A stretch of 64,000 bases of DNA, from assembly GCA_965662805.1 (NCBI GenBank), contig CBFIJB010000007.1, forward strand, positions 81,625 through 145,624. Reading direction: 5' to 3'. A model generated the notes under the pieces. That model ran no database searches and had not been told where the DNA came from. It worked only from the letters and a program-made list of their open reading frames with translations. Below are positions 47,640-57,339 of the stretch, one piece after another. Within the stretch, counting starts at the first letter, position 1. Every line of letters begins with the position of its first letter. The position numbers were made by a program, and so were the translations under genes. Origin of the DNA: Candidatus Azotimanducaceae bacterium. Lineage in GTDB: Bacteria > Pseudomonadota > Gammaproteobacteria > Pseudomonadales > Azotimanducaceae.

Positions 47640-48813
47640 GGGTTGCTGAACCAGCGACACCTGCAAACTCTGCTGTGATTTCTGTGGTTCCGCCCGACAA
47701 ACCGGTGGCGAGGCCGGTGCTGCTGACAGTCGCGACGCTGGCGTTGCTGCTTGACCAGGTCGTACTGTTCGAGACATCGAAGGTGTCGCCGTCCCTGGTA
47801 ATCGCAATGGCCATATACGACAGTGTTTCGCTGACCCCGATGGTCGCCATCGGCGGCAGTACATCGACTCTGATGACCTCGTCACCGTCATCGGCGATAA
47901 CGGTGAGTGTGGTCCTGTCTGTAAATCCCTCGAATGTGGCGCTGATGTCGACCTGACCGGGCGAGAGAGCGTTCGCGGTTCCGCGTGCTCCGGGTTCATT
48001 ACTGATGGTGGCGATGGCGTCGTTCGAGCTCGCCCAGGCTACGACTTTAGTGAGGTCAGCACTGGTGCCATCGGTATAGGTAGCTGTCGCCGAGTAGCGC
48101 AGCATGGCGCCCGCTGGTAAGGATTCATCACGGGGTGAAATGGACAGACCCGACAGCTGGGGGCTGATCACGGCCGCGCCGGCTTGTGTTGAGACATTAT
48201 TAACACTCGCGATCAGTGCGTCTTCACCGATCGCGACCCCAATCACTGTACCGAAGTCGTCCAGTGCAACGAGACCTCTTGTCAGCACCGGTTCATAGGC
48301 CTGGATGATGCCGGATTCGTTCTGCAGGGCCCATTCGGCGCTAAAGGTCACATTTTCGTATCGGCCGTCCGAGTAGATCGCGAAAGCACGATAGTCCTGG
48401 GTGCCGCCAAGGGGGATGTCCGCCAGGGGCGGTAATATCGCGGTTTCAACGATGACAGGGTCGGTCACCGTCAATGTCGCGGTGCCGCTGAATCCATCCA
48501 GAGATGCCTGAATTTCTGCCGTACCCGCACTGACGCCCAGGGCTGAACCGGTCGCGTCGATACTCGCGACGTCAGCGTCCGAACTTGACCAGTTCACGCT
48601 GTTGGTCAGGTCCTGCTCAGAGCCATCGGAATATTCGCCGGTCGCGGTAAAGGCCTGTGTCAGACCTGCGGCAATGCTTGCGCTCGCGGGTGTCACACGA
48701 ATGTTTTCAAGCAGCACCCGATCATCAATGAACTCCGCATCAGAACCCCCGCCGCCGCCGCAGGCGGTAAGCAGGACTGACAGAAGAAGGAGGAGTGCTG
48801 ATGATCGGAACAT
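47476..48813 (-). CDS. Lipoprotein with four bacterial Ig-like (Big_2) domains; 3' end probably truncated or fused
   Basis: Lipobox LLTACGGGGG. Contains repeats such as NSVNWSSSDADVASIDATGSALGVSAGTAEIQASLDGFSGTATLTV and TTWSSSNASVATVSSTGLATGLSGGTTEITAEFAGVAGSATLKV. The last 30 or so codons (TRAACPASAWKPELSD...) look non-native. Confidence 0.7.
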   Translation of the reverse strand: MFRSSALLLLLSVLLTACGGGGGSDAEFIDDRVLLENIRVTPASASIAAGLTQAFTATGEYSDGSEQDLTNSVNWSSSDADVASIDATGSALGVSAGTAEIQASLDGFSGTATLTVTDPVIVETAILPPLADIPLGGTQDYRAFAIYSDGRYENVTFSAEWALQNESGIIQAYEPVLTRGLVALDDFGTVIGVAIGEDALIASVNNVSTQAGAAVISPQLSGLSISPRDESLPAGAMLRYSATATYTDGTSADLTKVVAWASSNDAIATISNEPGARGTANALSPGQVDISATFEGFTDRTTLTVIADDGDEVIRVDVLPPMATIGVSETLSYMAIAITRDGDTFDVSNSTTWSSSNASVATVSSTGLATGLSGGTTEITAEFAGVAGSATLKVEAEVILESIVVSQANPTFVSLTRAACPASAWKPELSDSRSCVASCSLWRAR

Positions 48814-48827
48814 AGTTATAGCCTGCG

Positions 48828-49418
48828 TTAGAACCTGACTTCTAGACCAAAGGTGACGACGTGGTAGTCGCGTTGCCGGAATTCACCGGAAGCGCCCTGT
48901 GGTCTTAACAGGGTGGTGTGATCGATGTCGAGGAATTGGTACTTGCCTTGAAAGAACCAGCGATCCGACAATTGTGCTTTGAAACCCAATTGCCCGCCCA
49001 TGTACGATTCATCGTTTTCGTTCTCAATGGTTGTCGCGAAAATCGGGTCTTCCTGCCACTGGAGTGTGCTTGCACCGCCGACCAGGCCGACATACATCTG
49101 CACTTTTTCACCCAGAAACCAGCCATAATTAATGGAGGCCGCCAGGTTCTCTATCTCTGTCTCATCGAGATCAGCGAAGGTATATTCTGCGGCCACAAAC
49201 CAGTTCGGTGTGAAACGGTATCCGATTTCGACCTGGACCGGGGTGCCGTCTTCAGCAGGGTCAATCAGGAGATTTATGCTGCCGGTATCAGTCCTGAGAT
49301 CGGCATCATGTTGTATGTGACCGCTGCCGAGCGAAATAAACCAGTTGTCGTTGGAAGCGTGCGCGGGACTGATGGCAAGACAGGCTATCAGGAGGGTTAA
49401 AGCAGATCGAAACGCCAT
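48828..49418 (-). CDS. Small outer-membrane beta-barrel protein
   Basis: Signal peptide MAFRSALTLLIACLAISPAHA, alternating amphipathic strands, and the C-terminal sequence ...VVTFGLEVRF. Confidence 0.75.
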   Translation of the reverse strand: MAFRSALTLLIACLAISPAHASNDNWFISLGSGHIQHDADLRTDTGSINLLIDPAEDGTPVQVEIGYRFTPNWFVAAEYTFADLDETEIENLAASINYGWFLGEKVQMYVGLVGGASTLQWQEDPIFATTIENENDESYMGGQLGFKAQLSDRWFFQGKYQFLDIDHTTLLRPQGASGEFRQRDYHVVTFGLEVRF

Positions 49419-49521
49419 GCGATCCTCTGAATTTTGTGGCCGATAAGCATACCGGCTGTTCAGGGATAAACAACCTGCGGCCTGTCTGGAATCGGCTTGA
49501 CGATGTCAACTTTCGTTGTTC

Positions 49522-51177
49522 TCAGTCCAGGATGAGCAGCACCCTGTAGGTCCAGCCACTGGACTGTCCGCTGACCGGGCTGAAAGCCGTGTCGGTGACC
49601 TGATCAAGTTCCACATGCCGCCAGTTGAGGCTGGTCATGATGTCACTGCGCAGCCACCAGTTGAGACCCAGTGTCCATATATCCATTTCGCAGCCCTGAA
49701 CCGGGCCGTCGGCCAGATCAGTATGGGAATACCGGACGCCAACCTCCCAGGCACCCCAGCCATTCTGATTCACCGGGCGGGCGATCTGCAGCCGATTAAA
49801 TATGCCGCTGCGATGATTGTAGCTGCGCATTTCACCCGTCAGAATTCGTGAAAAGGAGACGTGGTATCCGGAAAAGTTCAGGTCGCCAAAGGATGAATCC
49901 TGGATGTTTACATCGAGATACTCACCATGCAGCCAGTTCGGACCCTGGCGCCAGGATAATTCATAGTTGAAGGTCTGGGAGTTGTCGATCTGATCGATGA
50001 ACCCCGAGGCAAGAAAGTCTGGTGCCTGAGTGGTCTCGGGTGTCTGACTGGTCCTGAGTCCTTCCTTCGCGTCGCTGTACCGGTAACCGAAGCCCAGATG
50101 CAGCAGATTACTTTCATCTTTCGTGGAGAACGGTATGCCGGTCACTCGTCCTGTATACGTGGTTGCGCTGTCGCTGCGTGAATCACCTGATTCGAGCCAG
50201 TCGTTGAACACACCTGTTGCCCAGGACAGTCTCTGATTAAGCTGCGTGCCAGAGATCACAGCGCCAATGTTGCGAGAAGGCAGGAAGGTGTCCGCTGCTG
50301 CCGACCTCTCCTGAAAAGGCAGGAAAATCAGAGAAGTCATTCGCTCCATGTTAATCGGTTCTTTTTGCTTGCCGATAGCAATCGTGTTTTTCTCAAACAC
50401 AGGGATATCGAGTCGGTAATCGAACCAGACAAAGCTGTCACTTTTTCTGTCGTCGAAACCCTTGTCGAAGGCGGTCGTGGCACCGAATACGGTGTACAGC
50501 CAGGGTTTCCTGAATCTGGTGATTGCGCCAATGACGCCGAACCGAAGCGCCCGGATTTCTCCACCATTATAGGCCTCCAGGTCGCCAACCTGAGTCAGGT
50601 TCGTACTGTCCTGTGAAGACCAGGTTGTCCGATCCAGGGCCATCGTTGCCGTAAAGAGATTGCGAAAATTCTCTCCCTGATAATAATTCCATTTCTGTTG
50701 TGATTCGTAGCGTGTCGGCAGAGAGATGGGCGGCGGTGTGTATGAGAACCAGCCTCTGCCTCTTTGATCACTGTTGACTACTTCACGAAGTCTGTTTCGC
50801 TCGACAGCGCCTCCGGCGATGGCGAAATCTCCGAATTGTTTCGTGTCCAGAAGTACCTCAACCTTCTCCCGTGGGTCCTGACCCAGGATCAGAAAAGCGG
50901 CTGGTTGCCCGATGGTGAGTCGGCCGATCAGCACGCCGTTCTCGGCATCGTAGGCAGGTACACCAGGCTCATCAGGAATGCCACTTTCAGTGACAATATC
51001 CAGCAACCCATCTTTGATAATGAGATTGACCACACGATCTTCTTCCGGGTTCGCCATGTTGGGAATCACCACGTTCTCGAGAATGATCGTGGCCGTACCC
51101 TGTGGCTGTGCCCAGAGACTATTGGCAGCAAGGAGTATCGTCAGAACGAGTGCGTGCTTAAAAGAACGATAGCGCAT
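49522..51177 (-). CDS. OprO/P-type (phosphate-selective-like) porin with extra N-terminal domain
   Basis: Start at ATG 51177, signal peptide MRYRSFKHALVLTILLAANSLWA. The C-terminal part has porin O/P-like features: GAWEVGVRYSHTDLADGPVQGCEMDIWTLGLNWWLRSD...LNWRHVEL. Confidence 0.7.
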   Translation of the reverse strand: MRYRSFKHALVLTILLAANSLWAQPQGTATIILENVVIPNMANPEEDRVVNLIIKDGLLDIVTESGIPDEPGVPAYDAENGVLIGRLTIGQPAAFLILGQDPREKVEVLLDTKQFGDFAIAGGAVERNRLREVVNSDQRGRGWFSYTPPPISLPTRYESQQKWNYYQGENFRNLFTATMALDRTTWSSQDSTNLTQVGDLEAYNGGEIRALRFGVIGAITRFRKPWLYTVFGATTAFDKGFDDRKSDSFVWFDYRLDIPVFEKNTIAIGKQKEPINMERMTSLIFLPFQERSAAADTFLPSRNIGAVISGTQLNQRLSWATGVFNDWLESGDSRSDSATTYTGRVTGIPFSTKDESNLLHLGFGYRYSDAKEGLRTSQTPETTQAPDFLASGFIDQIDNSQTFNYELSWRQGPNWLHGEYLDVNIQDSSFGDLNFSGYHVSFSRILTGEMRSYNHRSGIFNRLQIARPVNQNGWGAWEVGVRYSHTDLADGPVQGCEMDIWTLGLNWWLRSDIMTSLNWRHVELDQVTDTAFSPVSGQSSGWTYRVLLILD

Positions 51178-51409
51178 CGAGTTTTTCTCTGGATGGACAC
51201 GATTATTGTGCGAGCAATTCAAGATAATGAGAAGCAAAAAGGTGGTGTGCTGGTTCATCAGCACAACGACCCTAAGAGCCGAGCTTCATGTCAACATGAG
51301 ATTGGCGGGGCGCTGACGTTTATAGCGTCCAATCATCCTGCTGAACACCAATTGTCATGGCGGCTATGACTCTCTATCTTCGCGAATTCCATTACAGCGG
51401 ATCACGGAA

Positions 51410-52597
51410 ATGAGCATTGAGCAGATCACTAATCAGCTTCAGGATTTCATGGAGCGAAACATCTACCCCAATGAGACTCTCTATCATGAACAACTGAATG
51501 CGTTGCCGGATCGATTTGGCACGGTGCCGCTGATGGAAGAGCTTAAAGCGCAAGCGAAAGCCGCTGGATTATGGAATCTCTGGATGCCCAGCGAGTTCGG
51601 TGGCATGAGTAACGAAGACTACTGCGGACTCGCAGAAATCATGGGCCGCGTACTCTGGGCACCCGAAGTATTCAACTGTAATGCGCCGGATACCGGCAAC
51701 ATGGAAGTGTTCCTGAAGTATGCAACTGACAAGCAGAAAGCCGACTGGCTGGAACCTTTGCTCGAAGGTGAGATCCGTTCTTCCTACTGCATGACTGAAC
51801 CTGACGTTGCCTCCAGCGACGCGACCAACGTGCAGACCGCAATTACCCGCGAGGGTGATGAGTATGTCATTAACGGTCGCAAGTGGTTTATCACCAACGC
51901 ACCCTACGAACGTACAAAGATCTTTATCGTGATGGGTAAGTCCGATCCCGAGAATTCCAACCGTCACCTGCAACAGAGCCAGATTCTGGTGCCGAAAGAC
52001 ACGCCGGGTGTTGAAGTGATTCGACCGCTGACGACGCTCGGCTATGACGATGCGCCCCTTGGACATGCCGAAGTTGTCTTTAACAATGTTCGTGTCCCTG
52101 AAGAAAACATCCTGCTGGGTGAAGGTCGCGGATTTGAAATCGCCCAGGGCCGCCTTGGCCCTGGCCGGATCCACCATTGTATGCGCCTGATTGGCAGCGC
52201 CCAGCGTGCGCTGGAATTTGCCTGCCGGCGTTCCGTGGCACGAGAGACCTTCGGTCGCAAACTCTCGGAACATCAGTCAGTGCTGGAAGACATCGCCGTG
52301 TCATTCAGCGAGATTGAGCAGGCGCGACTCCTGACACTGAAGACAGCGCGCCGCATGGATGAAGTGGGTGCCAAAGATGCACGTGACCTGATTGCAGCCT
52401 CAAAAATCACGGTGCCTCTCATGGCGCAGCGAGTTATAGACCGCTGCATGCAGATACATGGAGCAGGCGGCCTGACAGGCGACTACCCGATGGCTGAAGC
52501 TTTTAACTATGCCAGGTGGTGTCGACAGGCTGACGGTCCTGACCAGGTGCATATGATGGCGTTGGGTCGGCAGTTGGTGAAACGCTACACCAGCTAA
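51410..52597 (+). CDS. Acyl-CoA dehydrogenase (FadE2/ACAD10-11-like)
   Basis: YCMTEPDVASSDATNVQTAITREGDEYVINGRKWFITNA and QIHGAGGLTGDYPMAEAF. Confidence 0.9.
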   Translation: MSIEQITNQLQDFMERNIYPNETLYHEQLNALPDRFGTVPLMEELKAQAKAAGLWNLWMPSEFGGMSNEDYCGLAEIMGRVLWAPEVFNCNAPDTGNMEVFLKYATDKQKADWLEPLLEGEIRSSYCMTEPDVASSDATNVQTAITREGDEYVINGRKWFITNAPYERTKIFIVMGKSDPENSNRHLQQSQILVPKDTPGVEVIRPLTTLGYDDAPLGHAEVVFNNVRVPEENILLGEGRGFEIAQGRLGPGRIHHCMRLIGSAQRALEFACRRSVARETFGRKLSEHQSVLEDIAVSFSEIEQARLLTLKTARRMDEVGAKDARDLIAASKITVPLMAQRVIDRCMQIHGAGGLTGDYPMAEAFNYARWCRQADGPDQVHMMALGRQLVKRYTS

Positions 52598-52604
52598 AGA
52601 TCAC

Positions 52605-53060
52605 TCAGTCTGGCGATTCGCCGGCTTCTGCGCTGATTCGAAGGTGTTCCGTGATGGCACGCACACCTTCCTCAAACAAACCGACGTCAATACACATCAA
52701 GCCATACCGATAGAGGCGCTCTTCGGGCGGGTAGGCATAGATGCCCGTTTTCTCCTCAGGATCACCCAGTCCTTGAATGTATGCCGCGATCTGTTCAGCG
52801 TTAATGGCAGAGGACCGAATCCTTGCGGGTGAACCATAGCCTGGCAGGGAGGGAGAAAAGGCGCGCGGGCTGCCGGCGGTTGAGTTCAGCATCACCTCGG
52901 ATTGGGATTTCATATCCTGCTGGATCTGACCCATTCGCTGGTCGATTTCCAGTTGACGGATTTTAGTCTGGTTCTGGTAGGTCTGGTTGTGCAGAGACTG
53001 ATCGGCTTTGCAGGTCGAGTGAACAGCCACATAGACGAAGACCCATAGCAACAGTTTCAT
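52605..53060 (-). CDS. Secreted hypothetical protein
   Basis: Start at ATG 53060, signal peptide MKLLLWVFVYVAVHSTCKA. No recognisable motif. Confidence 0.5.
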   Translation of the reverse strand: MKLLLWVFVYVAVHSTCKADQSLHNQTYQNQTKIRQLEIDQRMGQIQQDMKSQSEVMLNSTAGSPRAFSPSLPGYGSPARIRSSAINAEQIAAYIQGLGDPEEKTGIYAYPPEERLYRYGLMCIDVGLFEEGVRAITEHLRISAEAGESPD

Positions 53061-53061
53061 A

Positions 53062-53640
53062 TCAGTACCCTCTAACAACATCGGTGACCGTGTTGTCCAG
53101 AATATACAGGCCGAGAACGACCATGATGACGGGTGCAATCCATGAGCCATAGCGGGCAACCAACTCGACCTTGTTTGCATGGTGACCAATAGAAATCGCC
53201 AGAATATACCAGGCACATGCCGCGATCAGAAACGCAATCGCGATAGAGATATTGATCTGCATCAGGCTGTCTGCAAACAGCGGCGCGAATACCAGCATGG
53301 TATCGACACCATTGGATAGCTGTAGCGTGATGATGGTTGAGACAGAAACAGACTAAAAATTTATGGGTTCATCTTCTTTTTTCCTGAAGAGACCGTAGAG
53401 CATGTTGAGTCCTACCAGCACGGGGATGACACCGAGAAAGCCGATGAACGCTACTGGCATGACCAGGGAAACCAGGCCGATCGCGGCGGAGACGATAAGC
53501 AGAATGACCATCCCTCCCATAAAGCCCAGGAAAAGTCTGTCGCGCGCTGTACCTGAAAGCACCAGTCCGACCATCAGCAGGAGATTGTCGATATTCGTGG
53601 CCGCGAAGGTTGCGAATACCAGAAAAATGACGGTGAGCAT
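53062..53640 (-). pseudogene. CadD/LysE-superfamily (cadmium-resistance-transporter-like) membrane protein split by one in-frame TAG (53353-53355)
   Basis: Track ORFs 53353..53640 and 53062..53298 share a frame, and the 18 codons between TAG and the next ATG are open. The two halves carry the repeated signatures ATNIDNLLLMVGL and SNGVDTMLVFAPL. Confidence 0.6.
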
Positions 53641-53724
53641 GAGCGCATCTTACAGAAACTCTGGCGCAGGGGTCATTTACCCTGATAGTCTCTATAACTT
53701 CTGTAATCCACTACAAAAAAGATT

Positions 53725-55857
53725 ATGAGCGAACTACACAAAACTTTCTGTCGATACTGTCATGCCTATTGCGCCATGGTGGCCGAGGTCGAAGACGGCA
53801 AGGTGCTGTCGGTTAAACCAGATACGGATAATGAGATGTACGGTGGTTATACCTGCATCAAGGGCCGCCAGCTGGTGGAACAGATGTATCAGTCAGAAAG
53901 GCTGACTTCCTGTCAGGCAAAACAGCCTGACGGCAGCTTTGCCGAAATCAGCAGTGAACAGGCGCTGGATGAAATCGCCGAGAAGATGCGTGCGATTATT
54001 CAGGAGCATGGTCCCAAAGCAATCGCGACTTATAACGGCACCGTCGCGTTCCAGAATTCCGGCCAACTGGTTTACAGCCGTGAATGGCACAAAGCTCTGG
54101 AATCGCCTTCCTACTACACCAGCGTGACCATTGATCAGCCTGCCAAGGTCTTCGTGGGTTCTCGCATTGGTTACTGGACGGCAGGATCCCATTTCTTTCA
54201 TGACTCCGATGTGACGATGCTGATTGGTAACAACCCGATCGCTTCACACTATGCACCACCCGGCGGTGTGCCTTCCGTCAGTCCATCTGACCAGCTGCGT
54301 CGCGCGCAAAAGAACGGTCAGAAACTGATCGCCATCGATCCTCGGAAAACAGAAATCGCCAGGCGAGCGGACCTGCATCTGCAGATTAAACCCGGTGAAG
54401 ATGCGACCCTGCTGGCAGGTATGATTCGCCTGATCCTGGAAGAGAACCTGCATGATGCGGAATTCTGTGATGAGTTTGTCGGTGGCCTGGATGATCTGAA
54501 GCGCGAAGTGCAGGCTTATGATCTGGATACCGTTTCTCAGCGCACGGATATTCCTGTTGAGCAGATCGCGGAAGCTGCCAGACTCTTCGCCGCCGGGCCA
54601 CGGGGCATCGCGATTACCGGCACTGGCCCTGAGATGGGTGCGAATCCCAATCTGGTTCAGCACCTGGTGGCGTCGCTGAATACGATATGTGGTCGTTACT
54701 ACCGTGCAGGTGAAACCGTTCCGAACCCCGGTGCACTGTCAGCCGATACCCCGCGAGTCGCGCAAGTCTTTAACCCACCGGTAGCCTGGGGGCGTGGTGA
54801 GCGATGTCGTGTGAATCCTGAATTCGGGGAGCTGATGTCGCCAGGCGGTGTCAGCGAGATGCCAACGTCTCAGCTGGCGGATGAAATTCTGACGCCAGGT
54901 GAAGGGCAGATCCGGGCACTGATCGTTGTTGCCGGTAATCCGGTGATGGCCTGGCCGGATCAGCAGAAAGCTTATGACGCCATGCAGGATCTGGATCTTC
55001 TGATCTGCATTGACCCTTACATGGCCGCCACTTCTGAGATGGCCGACTATGTCTTTGCTCCGAAACTGACGCTGGAGCGCGAAGATGTGACGTTGCTGGC
55101 AGACCCCTGGTACGAAAAGCCTTACAGCCACTACAGCAAAGCGGTTATTGAAACCGACCATGATGTGGTTGAAGAGTGGGAAGTTTACTGGGGACTTGCG
55201 AAGCGTCTCGGGCTCGATGTCCAGATCAAGGGAGAGTCGATGCCCATTGATCGCAAGCCGTCAAAGTTCGAGCTGTTGAAAGCAATTACAAAGGGTTCGC
55301 GAGTTGATATCGAATGGCTGCGGGACAATCCCGGTGGTCACATTTTCGAAGATCTGCAAACCTTGGTGCAGCCTGCCCCGGAAGAAGCCAAAGGCCGCCT
55401 TAATCTTTATCCGGAAGGTGTTGCGGAAGAGTTTCAGGCCCTGGCCGAGTTTGGCGAGCAAGCGCAGGACTTCAGTCACGTGCTCATTGGCTTTCGCAGC
55501 AAGTACGTACTGAACTCATTTGGCAGAAACCTGCCTGCGATACGAAAGAAGTCAGGAACGACGAACTCTGCCAATATGCATCCGGATGACCTGGCAGCCC
55601 TCGGGCTTGAAGATGACAGCGAGGTCACGATTGAATCAAAACACGGCAAGATCACGGCGATCGTGCAGGCGAACGATCGGATCAAGCCCGGGGTGATTGC
55701 CATTCACCATTGCTGGGGCGTAGCGCCAGGTCAGCAGGCGCCGGTGCGGGAAGTCGGTACGAATACCAACCTGCTCGTCGACAGTGAATCTGAGCTGCAG
55801 CCGTTTACGGCGATGACACGCTCAAGCGGTATCCCTGTCAATGTGAGTGCGGCCTGA
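53725..55857 (+). CDS. Molybdopterin-dependent oxidoreductase (DMSO-reductase superfamily), cytoplasmic
   Basis: N-terminal Fe-S Cys cluster CRYCHAYCAMVAEV...YTCIKG. 710 aa. No twin-arginine signal. Confidence 0.85.
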   Translation: MSELHKTFCRYCHAYCAMVAEVEDGKVLSVKPDTDNEMYGGYTCIKGRQLVEQMYQSERLTSCQAKQPDGSFAEISSEQALDEIAEKMRAIIQEHGPKAIATYNGTVAFQNSGQLVYSREWHKALESPSYYTSVTIDQPAKVFVGSRIGYWTAGSHFFHDSDVTMLIGNNPIASHYAPPGGVPSVSPSDQLRRAQKNGQKLIAIDPRKTEIARRADLHLQIKPGEDATLLAGMIRLILEENLHDAEFCDEFVGGLDDLKREVQAYDLDTVSQRTDIPVEQIAEAARLFAAGPRGIAITGTGPEMGANPNLVQHLVASLNTICGRYYRAGETVPNPGALSADTPRVAQVFNPPVAWGRGERCRVNPEFGELMSPGGVSEMPTSQLADEILTPGEGQIRALIVVAGNPVMAWPDQQKAYDAMQDLDLLICIDPYMAATSEMADYVFAPKLTLEREDVTLLADPWYEKPYSHYSKAVIETDHDVVEEWEVYWGLAKRLGLDVQIKGESMPIDRKPSKFELLKAITKGSRVDIEWLRDNPGGHIFEDLQTLVQPAPEEAKGRLNLYPEGVAEEFQALAEFGEQAQDFSHVLIGFRSKYVLNSFGRNLPAIRKKSGTTNSANMHPDDLAALGLEDDSEVTIESKHGKITAIVQANDRIKPGVIAIHHCWGVAPGQQAPVREVGTNTNLLVDSESELQPFTAMTRSSGIPVNVSAA

Positions 55858-55858
55858 T

Positions 55859-57322
55859 TCAGGAGTCGTCACCGAGCACGGTTTTCAGGGCTTCAGTTTT
55901 TTCTCTGCCTTGTTGTTCGATCAGCCGGTAGGCGGTGTAGTACTTGTAGATGCTTGCAACATAGCGCACAGGCTCACGGCTGATCTTGCGCGCCGCCATG
56001 TTCTCAACATTTCCGAACCAGACGTTGGGATCCAGACCTGCTTCCCTTGCCGCGTTTCGGGCGCGAGTGATACCGGCCGGCCCCGCGTTATAGGCTGCCC
56101 ATGCAAACAATCGCTGGTTAACGGGCGTGATGTCTTCGTCTGAGAAATAGCGATTGCGCAGGAAATCCATGTATTTGGTGCCGGCATGGATGTTGTTTTC
56201 CAGGATCTCGATCTCGGGGATGCCGACATTGGGGTCTCGTGCGGTTGTCGGCATCAACTGCATGACACCGACAGCACCAACGTGGGAACGCACTGACTGG
56301 TCCAGTCGAGATTCCTGATAGGCTTGTGCGGCCAGTGCCAGTGGGTCGAATTTGTACTGATTTCCGTAAGTGAAAAACAGGTCGATCATCTGGTTGAACT
56401 TGTCCCGTTCGGATTGGGACAGCGGGTTGTCGATCCATCGGGTGTTGTCGAAGTACTTGTTAAACAGGACGTTCCCAAGGTAACTCCCCTTTTTCACATT
56501 CTGGGCGTATGTGTTCAATGCGGCCAACAGCTCTGGTGAATCCTTGCGGATGGCCCAGCCAATGTGTTGCTCTTCGATGATTCGAACTTCTGAATCGAGC
56601 CTGATATCAGGCAGGACTTTTGCCCAGAGCTCTGCTTTGAAGTCATCGCAGATTGTGTAGTCGATAACGCCGGCATTGACCATCTCAATAATGTCTTCCG
56701 TCAGGAACTGACCGTCGGCTTCGATAATTTCTACAGGCTCAAGATCAGCGATCTTGAATTTTTCGTTTAGTAACGTGAGATGTCGCTGGTAGCTGCTGTC
56801 ACGTAGAACGTAGACCTTCTTGCCTGAAAGATCGGCGGAGCGGTTAAGTTTGGGTGCATTCCGATGGGCCACGACAATTTCGGCCACATCGCGGCCGTGA
56901 GGGCTGACGAAATCAACCTCCTGCTCACGCTCCGGTGTGATCGTAAGGAACGCTGCAGCGATGTCGCCTCGACCATCCTGCAGTGCCGGTATCAGCTCTG
57001 AAAAAGTGACAGGTATGAACTGGGGGAAAATGCGGTTGGCTTCACTGGCGTGGTAACGATTGGTTCTGCCCTCATTGATCTGTTTCAGGAACTCCAGCGC
57101 CAGTTCGTATTGAATGCCGCGAATGCGACCCTGGTCAAAAAAGAAATCCGTCTGGCTGTGGGTGACCAGAATGCGCAGAATGCCACGCTCTGCGATTTTG
57201 TCGAGATCGCCAAATCTCGGCTCAATCTTGTAGTTGACCTCCTCGGGATTATCGAACTCCAATGTCTGGGACCAGCCAATCAATGGCAGGAGGATCAGGA
57301 TGGCAAGCACGGTCTTTTTCAT
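55859..57322 (-). CDS. mltF: Membrane-bound lytic murein transglycosylase F
   Basis: Start at ATG 57322 (MKKTVLAILILLPLIGWS). The N-terminal domain is solute-binding-protein-like. The C-terminal SLT motifs are AQAYQESRLDQSV, GVMQLMPTTA and AAYNAGP. Confidence 0.88.
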   Translation of the reverse strand: MKKTVLAILILLPLIGWSQTLEFDNPEEVNYKIEPRFGDLDKIAERGILRILVTHSQTDFFFDQGRIRGIQYELALEFLKQINEGRTNRYHASEANRIFPQFIPVTFSELIPALQDGRGDIAAAFLTITPEREQEVDFVSPHGRDVAEIVVAHRNAPKLNRSADLSGKKVYVLRDSSYQRHLTLLNEKFKIADLEPVEIIEADGQFLTEDIIEMVNAGVIDYTICDDFKAELWAKVLPDIRLDSEVRIIEEQHIGWAIRKDSPELLAALNTYAQNVKKGSYLGNVLFNKYFDNTRWIDNPLSQSERDKFNQMIDLFFTYGNQYKFDPLALAAQAYQESRLDQSVRSHVGAVGVMQLMPTTARDPNVGIPEIEILENNIHAGTKYMDFLRNRYFSDEDITPVNQRLFAWAAYNAGPAGITRARNAAREAGLDPNVWFGNVENMAARKISREPVRYVASIYKYYTAYRLIEQQGREKTEALKTVLGDDS

Positions 57323-57339
57323 GGCGTTATTATGCCTGT

